Assembly (NCBI RefSeq): GCF_009834535.1
Contig: NC_045696.1
Location: forward strand, 36,520,001-36,584,000
Reading direction: 5' to 3'
Source: Camelus ferus
Taxonomy: Eukaryota
DNA length: 64,000 nucleotides
The notes under the pieces: generated by a model
The model's database searches: none
What the model saw: only the letters and a program-made list of their open reading frames with translations
What the model was told of the DNA's origin: nothing
Shown: piece by piece, positions 37,639-51,586 of the stretch
Layout: each line of letters opens with the position of its first letter
Numbering within the stretch: the first letter of the stretch is position 1
Translations under genes and position numbers: made by a program

Positions 37639-40600
37639 TTTTTTTTTATTGAAGTGTAGCCAGTTTACAATGTTGTGTCAATTTCTGGTGTATAGCATAA
37701 TGTTTCAGTCTTGCATATACATACACATATTCCTTTTCATATTTTTCATTATAGATTACTAAAAGATATTGAATATAGTTGCCTGTGCTATACCATATAA
37801 ACTTGTTGTTTGTATCTGTTTCATTTATAGTAGTTAGTATCTGCAAATCCCGAACTCCCAGTTTCTCCTTTCCCAGTCCTTTTCCCCGCTGGTAACCATA
37901 AGTTTGTTCTCTATGTCTGTGAGTCTGTTTCTGTTTTGTAAATAAGTTCATTTGTATCTTTCTTTTTTTTATATATATTCCATATATGAGTGATATCATA
38001 TGGTATTTTTCTTTCTCTTTCTGGATTACTTCATTAAGAGTGACAGTCTCCAGTTCCATCCATGTTGCTGCAAATGGCATTATTTTATTCATTTTTATGT
38101 CTGAGTAGTATCCCATTGTTTATATGTACCACAGCTTCTTTATCCAGTCATCTGTCAATGGACATTTAGGTTGTTTCCATATCTTGGCTATTATAAATAA
38201 TACTGCTGTGAACATTGGCATGCATTGTCTTTTTGAATTATAGTTTTCTCTGGGTATATGCCCAAGAGTGGGATTGCTGGATCATATGGTAAGTCTATTT
38301 TTAGTTTTTTAAGGAACTTCCATACTGTCCTCCATAGTGGCAGTACCAATTTACATTCCTACCACCAGTGTAGGTGGGTTCCTTTTTCTCCACATTCTCT
38401 CCAGTGTTCATCATTTGTAGATTTTGAATGATGGTCTTTCTGATTGGTGTGAGGTGATACCTCATTGTAGTTTTGACTTGCATTTCTCTGACAATTAGTG
38501 ATGTTGAGCATCTTTCCATCTGGATGTCTTCTTTGAAGAGATGTTTAGGTCTTCTGCCCATTTTTTGAGGTTGCTTTTTTTTTTTTTTGATATTAAGCTG
38601 CATAAGCTGCTGTTTGTATATTTTGGAAATTAGTCCCTTGTCGGTTGCATCATTTGCAAATATTTTCTGTCATTTTGTAAGTGATCTTTTCATTTGTTGA
38701 TGGTATCCTTAGCTGTGCAAAAGCTTTTAAATTTAATTAAACCCCATTTGTTTATTTTTTATTTTATTTCCATTACTCCAGGAGCTGGTTCAAAAAATAT
38801 TGCTGTGATTTTTGTCAAAGAGTGTTCTGTCTGTTTTGCTCTAGGAGTTTTATAGTATCTAGTCTTATGTTTAGGTTTTTAATCCACTTTGAATTTATTT
38901 TTATATATGGTGTTAGATAATGTTCTAATTTCATTCTTTTACTGTCCAGTTTTCCCAGCACCACTTATTGATGAGACTCTCTTTCCTCCATTATATATTT
39001 TTCCTCCTTTGTCATAGATTAATTGACCATAAGTGTGTGGGTTTATTTCTGGACTTTCTATCCTGTTCATTGATTTATGTGTCTCTTTTTGTGTTAGTGC
39101 TATACTGTTTTGATTACTGTAACTTTGTAGGGTAGTCTGAAGTCAGGGAGCATGATTCCCCCACCTCTGTTCTTCTTTCTCAAGATTGTTTTGGCTATTT
39201 GGGGTCTTCTGTGTTTCCATACAAATCTTAACATTTTTGTTCCAGTTCTGTGAAAAATGTCATTGGTAATTTGATAGGAATTGCATTTAATCTGTGTATT
39301 TTCTTGGGTAGTATGGCCAGTTTAACAGTACTGATTCTTCCAATCCAAGAACACAGTATACCTTTCTGTCTGTGTTGTCTTCAATTTCTTTCATCAGTGT
39401 CTTATTGGTTTCAGAATATAGTTCCTTTGCCTCCTTAGGTAGGTTTATTCTTAGTTATTTTATTCTTTTTTTTAACTTTTTTTTTTGAGTTATAGTCATT
39501 TTACAATGTTGTGTCAAATTCCAGTGTAGAGCACAAATTTTCAGTTATACATGAACATACATACATTCATTGTCACATTCTCTTTCTCTATGAGCCACCA
39601 CAAGATCCTGTATATATTTCCCTATGCTACACAGTACAATCTTGTTTATCTAGTCTACATTTTGAAATCCCAGTCTGTCCCTTCCCATCCCCCACCCCCC
39701 TGGCAACCACAAGTTTGTATTCTTTGTCTATGAGTCTGTTTCTGTTTTGTATTTATGTTTATTTTATTCTTTTTGATGAGATGTTAAATGGGATTGTTTC
39801 CTTAATTTATCTTTCCTGGTATTTCATTGTTAGTGTATAGAAATGCAGTTGATTTCTGTATATTAATTTTGTATCCTACAATTTTACCAAATTCATTGAT
39901 GAGCTCTAGTAGTTTTCTGGTAGTGTCTTTAGGGTTTTCTATGTATAGTTTCATGTCATCTGCAGGCTGTGACAGTTTTACTTCTTTTGCAATTGAGATT
40001 CCTTTTATTTCTTTTTCTTCTGTGATTCCTGTGGCTAGGACTTCCAAAAGTGTGTTGAATAAAAGTGGTGAGAGGGAGCATCCTTGTCTTGTTCTTGATC
40101 TTAGAGGAAGTGCTTTCAGCTTTTCACCATTAAGTATGATGTTACCTGTGGTTTGTCATATATGACCTTTGTTATGTTGAGGTATGTTCCCTCTATGCCC
40201 ATTTTCTGGAGAGTTTTTATCATAAATGGATGTTGAATTTTATTAAAAGCTTTTTCTGCATCTGTTGAGATGATTATATGGTTTTTATTCTTCAATTTGT
40301 TAATGTGATATATCACACTGATTGATTTGTAGATATTGAAAAATCCTTGCATCCTTGGGATAAGTCCCACTTGATCATGGTGTATGACCCTTTTAATGCA
40401 TTGTTGGAGTCAATCTGCTAGTATTTTGTTGAGGATTTTTGCATTTATATTCATAAGTGATTTTGGCCTGTATTTTTCTTTTTTGTGATATCTTTGTCTG
40501 GTTTTGGTATCAAGGTGATAGTGGCCTCTTCCTTCCTCTGCAATTTTTGGGAATCGTTTCAGAGGATAGGCATTAACTCTTTTCTAAGGAATTGGTAGAA

Positions 40601-42370
40601 TTTGCCTGTGAAACCATCTTCTACTGGACTTTTGTTTGTTGGGAGTTTTAAAATTACTGATTCGATTTCAGTACTGGTAATTGGTCTATTCATATTTTCT
40701 ATTTCTCCCTGGTTCAGTCTTGACAAATTGTACCTGTCTAAGACATTGTCCGTTTCTTCTGCATTGTCATTTCTGTTGGCATATAGTTGCTTATAGTAGC
40801 TTCTTATGATCCTTTGTATTTCTGTGATGTTGGTTGTGATTTCTCCTTTTTCATTTCTGATTTTATTAATTTGGGCCCTCTCCCTTTTTTCCTTGATGAG
40901 TTTGACTAAGGGGTTATCCATTTTGTTTATCTTTTCACAGAACCAGCTTTTATTTTCATTGATCTTTTCTATTTTTTAAGTCTCTATTTTGTTTATTTCT
41001 GCTCTAATCTTTATGATATCTTTCCTTCTACTAAATTTGGGTTCTGTTTGTCGTTATTCCTCTAGTTGCTTTAGGTATAAGGTTAGGTTGTTTATTTGAG
41101 ATTTTTCTTGTTTCCTGAGATAAGCTTGCATCACTATAAAATTTCCTCTTAGAACTGCTTTGGCTGTGTCCCAGAGGTTTTGGATCATCATGTTTTTGTT
41201 TTCATTTGTCTCTAAGTATTTCTTTATTTCCTCTTTGATTTCCTCGGTGATCCATTAGTTGCTTAGTAGCATATTATTTAGCCTCCACATGTTTGTGGTT
41301 TTTGTAGATTTTTTTCATGTAGTTGATTTCTAATTTCATAGCATTGTGGTTGGAAAAGATGCTTAAATGACTTCAGTTTTCTTAAATCTGCTTTGTGGTT
41401 CAGCATGTGATCTATTCTGGAGGATGTTCTATGTGCAGTTGAATGTGTATTCTGTTGCTTTTGGATGAAATGCTCTATAAATACCAATTAAGTCCATCTG
41501 GTCTAATGCATCACTTAAGGCCTGTATTTCCTTACTGATTTTCTATCTGGATGATCTGTCTATTGATGTAAGTGGGACATTAAGGTCCTCCACTATTACT
41601 GTGTTTTTGTCAATTTCTCCTTTTTTGGGGTCAATTTCTCCTTTTACTTCTATTAACAGTTGCCTTATATATTGAGGTGTTCCTATGTTGGGTGCATATA
41701 TATTTACAATTGTTACATCTTCTTGGAGTGATCCCTTGAGCATTATGTAGTTCTTCTTTGTCTTCTTTGTCTTCTTTGTCTCTTGTAACAGTTTTTATTT
41801 TAAAGTCTATTTTGTCTAATATAAGTATTGCTACTCCAGCTTTCTTTTGGTTTCCATTTTCATGGAATATCTTTTTCCATCCCCTCACTTTCAGCCTGTA
41901 TGTGTCTCTAGCTCTGAAGTGGATCTCCTGTAGACAGCTTATATACAGGTCTTGTTTTTTTGTATCCATTCAGCCAGTCTGTGTCTTTTGGTTGCAGCAT
42001 TTAATCCATCTACTTTTGAGGTAATTATCAATATGCATATTCTTATTGTCATTTTGTTGATTGTTTTGGATTTGTTTTTGTAAGTTTTTTTTTCTCTTCC
42101 TTCCTTTTGTTCTCTTCTCTTGTGGTTTGATGACTATAATGTTGCATTTGGATTCCTTTTTCTTTTATGTATGTATATCTATTACAGATTTTTGGTTTGT
42201 GGTTACCATGAGGTTTTGCTATAGAAATATATATATATTTCTTTTAACTTGCTGATCTCTTAATTTTAAGTGCATTTTTGATAACCTGCATTTGTACTCT
42301 CCTTCCCTCACAATTATTGGTTTTGATATCATATTTTACATCTAATTATTTTGTATATACTCTAACTTAT
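37639..42370 (-). mobile_element. ~4.4-kb L1: complete but disrupted ORF2, 3'UTR and part of the inter-ORF spacer; ORF1 and 5'UTR absent
   Basis: EN (CLQEIHF, KKAGVAILI, NIYAPN, SRIDHML), RT ([27 protein letters not shown]) and C-terminal (MRYHLTP) fragments across ORFs 37646-41969; many stops and frameshifts. Confidence 0.97.
39471..39758 (-). mobile_element. Younger L1 3'UTR fragment nested in the ORF2 of the long L1
   Basis: 16-bp TSD TTATTTTATTCTTTTT (39455-39470, 39759-39774); 3'UTR variant differs from the host element's. Confidence 0.9.
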
Positions 42371-43179
42371 TGCAGTTTTAAGTCATAAATCTTTAAAGGT
42401 GATTTTCAGTTAGAAAAATTCCTGCAGTTAATTTTTTTGTTCAGCTATCAGCTATTTATCTGCTAGATGCTAGGCAAAGTCCTGATTTTGGATGTTTTTG
42501 AAGAAAATAAAGTAGGATAAGGGAGATAGAGCATTCTGGAAATGGTGGCAGTGTGTGTGAAATGGTAGATGAGAATAATGTTTGCTCATATAAAGTAGAG
42601 ATGTCTGCGATAAGTTGATAATTTTTTAAAAATCTTAAATAAATGAAATATGAGGGAAAAGGATAAATGAGACCTTAGTCAGAGCCCTAGAACTAGCCAC
42701 CTGGTGTCATAAAATGAAACACAGTTACCCTTGTTGTGCATGATCAGGTCCATTGACAATACATTTCCTTTGCACCTGAAGAGACCAATGTCCATAGGAC
42801 AGAAATCACGCAAACATGATTATAGGCAGAATTTCCTGAAGACAAGTTCTACCTTCCTTATAGCTGGGAAGCAGATTACATGGATTTCTTACCAATGTAA
42901 TTTCTATGGGCTATGAATGGGGGCTAACTGGAATCAATATATGAGTATGTATTCTGAGCTTTGCTTATCCTTTAAGAGAAGGAACTGTAGAGAAGCATTA
43001 AAAGTTTTGAACAGAAAATTCTCTTATCAGTTTGAGTGGGGATCTCTATGTCATTGGCATTTTCATTATTTGCATGTTGTTAAGTATTTATTTACTCTAG
43101 AGTTTAGCAAAATTTTTCTATAAAGAGCAAGATAGTAGTATTTTAGGTTTTGAGGATCATGCATTTTTGGTTATGTCTA

Positions 43180-43868
43180 CACTTAGGATGTTTCAACTTA
43201 CTATTTTTCAACTTTCAATGGTGTGAAAGCAATAAGCACTCACTAGAACCTGTACTTTGAATTTTGAATTCTGTCTTTTTCAGGGCTAAGGATATGACAT
43301 TAGATCCTGTCTCATGATGCTAGGTGGTGACATCAAGCCGCAGCTCCCAGTCAGTCATGTGATCACAAGAGTAAACAACTGATACACTTACAAACATTCT
43401 ATATCCACACAACCATTATGTTTTTTAACTTTCAGTGCTGTATTCAATAAATTACATGAAATATTCAACACTGTATTACAAAATGGGCTTTGTGATAGAT
43501 GATTTTACCCAACTATAGGCTAATGTAAGTGTTCTGAGTCTGTTTAAGGTAGGCTAGGCTAAGCTGTAATGTTCAGTAGATTAGGGGTATTAAATGCATA
43601 TTTTTATTTTGTATTTTCTTATTTCTAATTTGTTATTGAAGTGTAGTTGATTTACAATGTTAGTTTCAGATGTACAGCTGATTCAGTTATACATATATAT
43701 ATATATATTTTTTTGGTTTCTTTTCCATTACTGTTGATTACAAGAAACTGAATATAGTTCCCTATGCTGTAAGTAGGTCCTTGTTTAAATGCATTTTTAA
43801 TTTATGATATTTTCATGGTACAATGGGTTTATTGGGACATAACCCCATTATTAGTCAAGGAAGATCTC
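43180..43868 (-). mobile_element. MER47/Tigger5-derived TcMar MITE
   Basis: TA at both ends (43178-43179, 43869-43870); ggctaatgtaagtgttctgag...aaggtaggctaggctaagct; gggtttattgggacataacccc. Confidence 0.8.
43600..43784 (-). mobile_element. Short L1 3' end nested in the MER47-like element
   Basis: TSD TTAAATGCAT (43590-43599, 43785-43794); ttgaagtgtagttgatttacaatgtt. Confidence 0.85.
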
Positions 43869-45919
43869 TATTCAAATCTGTCATATGCAGTCATATAGAC
43901 AATATATAAATGAATGGGCACAGCCAGATTTGGCCTAGGGGCTATAGTTTGCCATTCCTTGGATCTCATCACATATTCTGTGATAAATTTTATTAGGCAA
44001 AAGAATTGGACATAGTGGAACTGAGAAATCAAAGAGGGAATTAATTTTCTTTAAAGAGTTCATCAGTAGGTATTTTAAATTCTGTATCTTATATTTACAT
44101 CTTCTGAAGTCACTGTGAAGCCTAAAACTGTTTTTTTTTCCAACTGACTTTTACTCATGACAGCTTCTTTCTTTGTTTATTTGGTAAGTTTTAATTGTGA
44201 ACTATACTTAATTTGTAGGAATTTGTGGCTCAGATTGAAGATAGATTTCCAAAGAGGATTTGCATTAGATTCTGCTGGGTACCAGTGTATGTAAAGAATG
44301 TGAGAAGATTTAAAATTTTTAGTTTGAGGTTTTTCCCAACTATGGTGCTGATGAACCCCAGGGTAAGGGTAGATTTATGCTGGCATATATCCAGGGGACA
44401 TTTTATTATTAGTATTTTTATTGTTATTATCATCATCATCATTAATCTTTTCCATCCAGGGCCCTGGCAAATATAGGTAAATTACCATATTTTCCCTTTA
44501 TTGCTAGATGGACTTTTTCCGGCCATTCCTTCACTAAATGGACTCAAGTTCAGGACCTCCATTTTGCACAGTTTCAAAGCCTAGTCCTTTGATCGCCATG
44601 CAGCTCTTAATTTCCGTATTCTCCAGACAACTTATTAGTAAAAAGTTGGGAGTGTCCGTCTACCTAATTCCTGTGTCTGTCTGTTGGTTGCTTCTGAACT
44701 TAAATGTGAAATATCAGAGTAATTTATTAGGCCTCTTAAAACTTCAACACTATTAAAATGATAAACTCCCTCACAATAAAAAATGTTCATATGTCATATA
44801 TATATGTGCACTTGCATGGAATCACAGATGGTGCACAGGTCTTCTGGAGACAGTCCCTGGACTCCTTAGAGTCAGGCTTTAAGGCTTCTACTAATTATTT
44901 GTTTATTTAAAGTTTGAGTGAGCTTTTTGGTGAAAGTCGAATTCAAAACTAAATTTCAGTACAATAATTATAGTTTCTAAATGTTGCTGCATAGAAAACT
45001 ATATTGGTTCTTTAATACATAAATGGCCTCTTGTGGGTACATTGGGATGGAGAAATATAAGTAGTAATTAGAGGTTTTCCACTTAAAAGTGGCATTATTG
45101 GCAATAAGCAAAATATTCTGGTTGCCTTGCTAGTTATGTGGTGTTATTTCCTGCTTTAGGTAAGTTGATGGTTTGAAAGAACATTATCAAGGAAAGGTTT
45201 ATACGATGTGGTTCCTTTTTCCATTTTTAACACTGGGTTTTTGGATTATACAGAAATGAAGTAAGGGTTTATATGAGCATCCTAAGTCAGAAGAGAAATC
45301 TTTCAACTGAATCAATAGGTTTAATAAAATATTTACGATTTTGTATTATATGTTTAAACTATCTACAAGTATTTTCTCTATTAAGCAGTCTCTTGGGGCC
45401 CATACCTATAAAAAGATTTTAAATGACATTAATTAGGGCAGCATTTCAAAATGTATTCATAGTAAATTTGAAAAAAGAATTTTGTGGTTAAATGAATTGG
45501 CAACATCCTGGGTTAGATTTAGTGAAACAGGTTTCTTTATAGCATAATTTTTCAGAACCTTTAAAATGCAAAATAGTATTGTGAATTTTTAAATAAGGTA
45601 TAACAAGCTGCATTTTGTGCTCTCGTTTAAACATGAAATCCTTCTCTCTTGTTTCTTCTCCTGGGACAATAGATCCAGAACACATCTGTCCTATGTATAC
45701 TGCTTTTCTTTCTACTTAAATATGAAGGGAAATTTATACATACATGTTATGAATATTCTTTTTCTTCATTGGGTATATAGAAATTTAAATAATTAGTGCT
45801 TAAAGTGGAAACTGTATACAGAACATAGGAAGAGTAAATTGGTTTTTTTTTTTATTTCTTCATGGTTTTTATTTAATTGCTATGAGTATAGTTTCACAAT
45901 AAAGCAAATGTCTGGCAGA

Positions 45920-46060
45920 ATCAGGCAGCAGTTACAATCTCAGGCTTCGAATAAGGATTTCTATTGAAATTTTGGCCCTGCCTGCTATTAGTTGTGTGTC
46001 CTTCTACAAGTTGACCTAACATCACTAAATCTGTTTCCTCATATGCAAATTTAGAATAAT
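45920..46060 (+). mobile_element. MIR fragment
   Basis: tattagttgtgtgtccttctacaagttgacctaacatcactaaatctgtttcctcatatgcaaa. Confidence 0.6.
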
Positions 46061-46526
46061 ATTTTTTAATTTTTCTGTTTTTTTAAAAAATATCTATTTC
46101 TTGAAGTATAGTCAGTTTACAATGTTGTGTCCGTTGCTGGTGTATAGCATAATGGTTCAGTCATACATGAACACACATATATTCATTTTCATATTCTTTT
46201 TCACCATAAGGTACTATAAGATATTGAATATAGTTCCCTGTGGAATACAGTATAAACTTGTTGTTTATCTATTTTATATATATTAGTTAGTGTCTGTGAA
46301 TCTCAAATTACCAATTTATCTCTTCCCACCCTCTTTCCCTCTGGTAACCATTAGTTTGTTTTCTATGTCTGTGAGTCTGTTTATGTTTTGTAAATTAGTT
46401 CATTTGTCTTTTTTTTTTTTTTTTAGATGCCACATATTAGTGATATCATATGGTATTTTTCTTTCTGTTTGTGGCTTCGCTTAGAATGACAATCTCCAGG
46501 TCCATCCATGTGGCTGCAAATGGCAT
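46061..46526 (-). mobile_element. L1 3'UTR fragment
   Basis: ttgaagtatagtcagtttacaatgttgtgtc...tccatccatgtggctgcaaatggcat; same family as the 37.6-kb and 61.7-kb copies. Confidence 0.9.
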
Positions 46527-49339
46527 AAATCTAAATACTCAAGATGAGTGATGTAATAAGTAGAATTTGTCATAGCATACCTTCTCATTACTGTTCATCC
46601 TAACTCTCCTCAGACAAAATGATGTATAGCAGACACCAGGACCAAAATGCTCATGGTCAAATCCCCTAATGCCTAGAAACGTTACTGCCTAAAACCTAGA
46701 TGTAAGTGTGAATAACATGTTTTCCTCTATGGGTTGGATTGAGTAGGTGAAAACTGAGGTCTAAGACGCTAACTACATATGCCAAAACTACGTCTTCTTC
46801 AGTAACAAAGTGTCATTTGTTACCTGTGAAGAACTTATAATTAGGTTTAACAAAACCCAATAATTAATTAATTAAAAATTAAATAAGATCTTAAATATTT
46901 TAAATCACATTACAAAAATCTTTGAAAATTCTCTATTCTTTATACTGGCTGTCAGGCAGCCACCAGGTAATCAAGAGAGCTAAGAAAGGCTATATGTACT
47001 TTTCCTGTTAAAATAACTTTTACTTCATTAAAAATAAGACTAGTACACTTGTTTTTAGCTGTTGTTATTTTCTTAATGCAGTGATATCCCCCAAATCTGT
47101 AAGTAGCTTACTGAATAAGAGTGTTTGCCTTCCAGTGACTTCACATTAATATACTGTGTGTATCTTTTGAAAATGAAGTCTATATCTAGGAATGAGTTAT
47201 AAAAAATATATATTAACATTCTAGCAACAATTAAAAAAAAACATTGTTCATAGAGAATTATTATCAAATTAAATCTTCCCAGCCAGTGTTTTCAATCAAT
47301 TTTACTTAACTAAAACTCCACCCCACCGACTGAGATCACATCAGTGATAATGGGAAGGAAGAACGGCCAACCACATCATCAGCATCAGCTCCAGGAAGGT
47401 CAAGATACCAACCTTGGATTAATACGAGGAGGCCTTCATAACTTAAGAGACTCGAGAAAACATGCAAGTTGCCTGATGGTCCTAACTCTGATGAAAATCA
47501 TCCACTGAAGTGGGTATTATTGTAAATCTTTGTCTACATGACAGATTTACATCTCCTTACCTCCATAAAATTCACCGTTAATGGCACAACACCTATTAAG
47601 CTGAGATATTTCTAGGTGTAGTACGTCATGGTATTTTCCTGTATAGTTTACATTATTCTTGGCATTTCACTGCCTGTCTCATGAGATGGCTAAGAAGGAA
47701 AATATAGTAACTTGCACTCACTTCTCAAGGACAAAATGCCACATCTTACCAGAGGAAACATTCAGAAAGTGAAAAGCAAATATTGAGAATAATAAGGCTG
47801 AAATACGTGGTGAAGGGAAATCTGGAGACTTAAGGGGAAAACATTTTGTTTTGTGGAATACAATGCTAATACATTACCAAGTTCCCAGTTTTTAGGGTTT
47901 TTCAAAAAGGGACAAATACACATTTACAAAAGCTCATACTTAGAGCTGGGTACGTACAAGGGAGAAAACGTGATCTTTGGCATAAACCTAGTCTTAGAGC
48001 TTAAGTTCCCATTTGTGTGTGTTTGTAGGGAAACCCTGGGGCCTCACAAACATTTGGGTAAAACCACTGTCACACTTTCTGACAATACAAGCTGAGCAGA
48101 CTTTGTGGAACAGAGGCAATTAAAATGTCCAGGCTCTCCTTTGAGATATGTCAGCACATTGAGAACCTGGGATACTGAATAAGTTAACTCTTATTCACAT
48201 ACAGCCTGAGAAGGAAATAATTTCAACTCTTACCATACAGTCTTTCTATTTTCTCTCTTTAAAGAAACAATTAAACAGTTTAAAGCATGTATTAAACTTC
48301 TGATATATTGTTATAAAGTTTTGGGTCATAATGTAGGGTAGGAAATTCTACAAGCTACTGTCACTGCATCTTACACAGGCCAAACATAGATTTCAAAAAC
48401 CAGATTGTAGCTTTACACAGCTGAAAGCAATTTGTGGTATTTTCTCATTCAAAGCCCTGATTTTTGTATATAAGAGAACTGCAGAATGGCTAACCCAAGT
48501 TCATATTATTAACTCATGGTAGAACGAGAACTCAAGAAACAGGTGTTCTCTAGAGAATCTTCTCTGCAACCCAGACAAAGTATAACCATGTTTGCTTCTC
48601 GTGAAGCCGGCTTTGGGGAACATTCTACAGTAGAAAAGTCTTTGTGCTTTTCACCGTGGGAAAGGAAAAACAGAGAAGATGAAATTATTGACATTTTAAG
48701 CAAATTGTTAAAAGGAGAACTTACACTTCTTTTGAATGTCGCATATAGTGCTGCTGAATCCATTTCTTTCCTTGCAGCAACATCCCTTTTATTTTATATT
48801 AGTAATAAAGTGCACAGTAGAAAAACCTCACGTGCCACAATGTGATCATTATACAAAGCTTTGGATGTATGGTGTTTATTGTTGGAAATAACCATATAGA
48901 TCTTGTGGGAGAGCCCTTTTATAATGGCTAGTAATGGTTTCATGTAATAGGGGCTCAGAAAATATTTATTTGATTTCCTTCTTTTGTGGGTATTTTTTTG
49001 TTGAACTTATATCTAAGATAACCTAGTCTGAAACACGAATGACCTAAAAAAATTAATATACTGGAATGTTCAACATTCATCATGAGTTTATAGGTTTTTT
49101 ATAAAAGGATTTTCTTGAGACTGTGCTGAATAGTTTTACCATCTCCACAAAGCTGGGTGGGAAAGTTCCCATAATCCTAAGTACTCTGTGCTTCCTTTTG
49201 ACTTACAGGGAAAGTGCCAGAGTATATTCAGGTTAAAGTATTGTCCATGTGACAACTTCTCAGCTGCCAGTTAAGTCATATGGAACTCACTGTGCAGAGA
49301 CCATTTGGCTCTGGTGGATAGAACATTACTCTTATCAAC

Positions 49340-49707
49340 TAATAATAATTGTATTTCCCACCTCTCCCCAAATTCACATGTTGAAGCCCCAATTCCCAAT
49401 GTGACTGTATTTGGAGATGGGGCCTTTCTGGAGGTAATTAAAGTTAATGAGGTCACAAAGGATGAAGCCCTAATTCAATAGGATTAGTGTCCTCATATGA
49501 AGAGACACCAGTGAGCTTTCTCTCTCTGTCTTCTTGTGAGGGCACAGTAAGGAGGTGGCCATCTGCAAACTAGGAAGCATCTTCACCAGAAACTGACTTC
49601 ACCTAACTTTATCTCAGACAACCTCCAGAACTATGAGAAATGTATTTCTGAGTTTAAGCCACCCAGTTTATGATACCACATTATGTTAGTCAGAGCTGAC
49701 TAATACA
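49340..49707 (+). mobile_element. MLT1A0-like MaLR LTR
   Basis: aattcacatgttgaagcccc...gtgactgtatttggagatggggcc...ctgactaataca. Confidence 0.85.
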
Positions 49708-51110
49708 ATTACTATTTAAAACAAAGACATGATTGGTCTACAAATAAGCACTTTTGGAAAATTACTATATGTTTAAAGCTTTCAAAAATTACATTGTTGT
49801 TTTTTCTCTTCTTTCTTCTTCTGTATCTTACGGTTTTTTACTTATCCCATTCTTAGCTCATTAAGAGAGCAAGCTATCCTTGGGAAATTAAAAATATACA
49901 CACGCACACACAAACTTATAAAAACAGGTGCATTGCAATCTACTAGCCCAGTTCTTTTGTAGATCAACTAAAAAAGAAGAGAGAAGTTTTAAATGGAGTT
50001 CAGTTATTTAAGTACCTGCTGTGTCATGTGACTTCTAGTCTCCTCACTCAGATTTGTTTTTAGTTTGCCCTTGACCAAGCATGTCATCCCTGAGGGCTTC
50101 ATGAACAGCTTCTACCTCCATTAGAGCTGTTTGGAGTCAGAAATGCTGTTTTTCCAAGATGATAAATTATGTTTGCATAGCAAAAACTATAAGTTTAAGT
50201 CAGAAATATGTTGGAAAATGTCATTTCCTTTGCAACCCAAACAAATTAGGAGGAAGGAAAATATCACTTAGTAGAATTCAGAACTTATGAAATTTTGAAA
50301 GAGTTCCAGAAATTTGACAAAACGTAAAATATTACTTGGCATTTTTGCCCAGGGAAGAGTATTTTAGGAGTCCAAATTAAACTTGTTGACAGAGATATAC
50401 TGAGAATGTGCTAACGAATTGCTGTTTTTGTTTCTTGCTATAAGTACTGTCCTATGAGCTGAGGATTTGTTCCACGTATAACCTGTTCAAGTTACTATGT
50501 GTACTTGAATATATTTACTACATATTTTTAAATCATGCTTATATGCCCATAGGACAGAACATTCCAAAATGCTTATAAAACTAAACATAGAAAACCAAAA
50601 TGAACAGATTTCAAGGTTACCACTATGCTATATATCATCTACTAATTGAAGAGAAAGTGGCAGATCCCATGGAAGTTAAAATTCAAGAAGAATATTGAAA
50701 AGCTCTGACTGCTTTCATTTTGTAAATGGTATGTGCATTTTGATGCTGTGTATGGTTGCCTTGAGCCACTGTTACACTTAGCTATACATCTCCATTTTAG
50801 CCAGCTTGGACCACTGGGTTGCATTAGTATTTCAATTTTACATGAGGCATTGGAAAAGTCAAGTTGCAGCTCAGGCAAAATGGAATTTTAAAATACATGA
50901 CAGGCTTTGTAGAGATGTTATGGAGGTAGAAATCATTACTGTTGAGAAAGAACAAGTCTAACTTTTGAAGCCAAAGTTCTAACTTTAAAACTTAAAAATA
51001 ATGTATATGTCTAGTCAAACTGTAATAATTCTACCTAATAAAACTGAAAAAGGAAAAAAAAAACCCTTAGAAAATGCTGGCATTTTGAATTCTAATGCTA
51101 TAAAGTAATC

Positions 51111-51287
51111 TTTTTTTTTTAATTGAAGTAGAGTCAGTTTACAATGTTGTGTCAATTTCTAGTGTACAGCATGTTTCAGTCATCCATATACATATATTCC
51201 TTTTCATATTCTTTTTTATTATAGATTACTACAAGATATTGAATATAGTTGCCTCTGCTATACAGTAGAAACTTGTTTGTCTATCTG
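51111..51287 (-). mobile_element. Short L1 3' end
   Basis: TSD TA(A/G)AGTAATCTT (51101-51112, 51288-51299); poly-T plus 3'UTR motif. Confidence 0.88.
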
Positions 51288-51586
51288 TAGAGTAATCTTA
51301 AACAATTTCTGAAGATTTCTCCTGTATATGTTTGCTAAGTAAAATAAAGACTGCATAACATTTAGTATAGTCTTTGCATAAATGTTATTTCTTTTTCTTC
51401 TCCTTATTAATGAAGGACTATCAGTGCAGGAGAGTAACATTTTGACCTGCTTTGACTACAGTATGGCTGTTGCTCAGCTGTCTGATTTGGAGCTTATAAA
51501 AAAGGGAGAATAGTGGAAACAATGGGCTAGTTCCAGCACCTCTGGTCTAGAAAAAAGAGCTTCTGATTTCAGAATCCTTTGGAAAA

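Larger units (their letters stand above)
43095..43962 (-). mobile_element. MER58A-like hAT MITE split by a Tigger element
   Basis: Left half agcaaaatttttctataaagagcaagatagtagtattttagg; right half atagacaatatataaatgaatgggc...gatttggcctaggggctatagtttgcc. Confidence 0.75.

Noticed and set aside
37639..42370. Retrotransposition-competent L1
   Set aside because: No 5'UTR or ORF1; ORF2 is broken into many fragments and carries a nested insertion.
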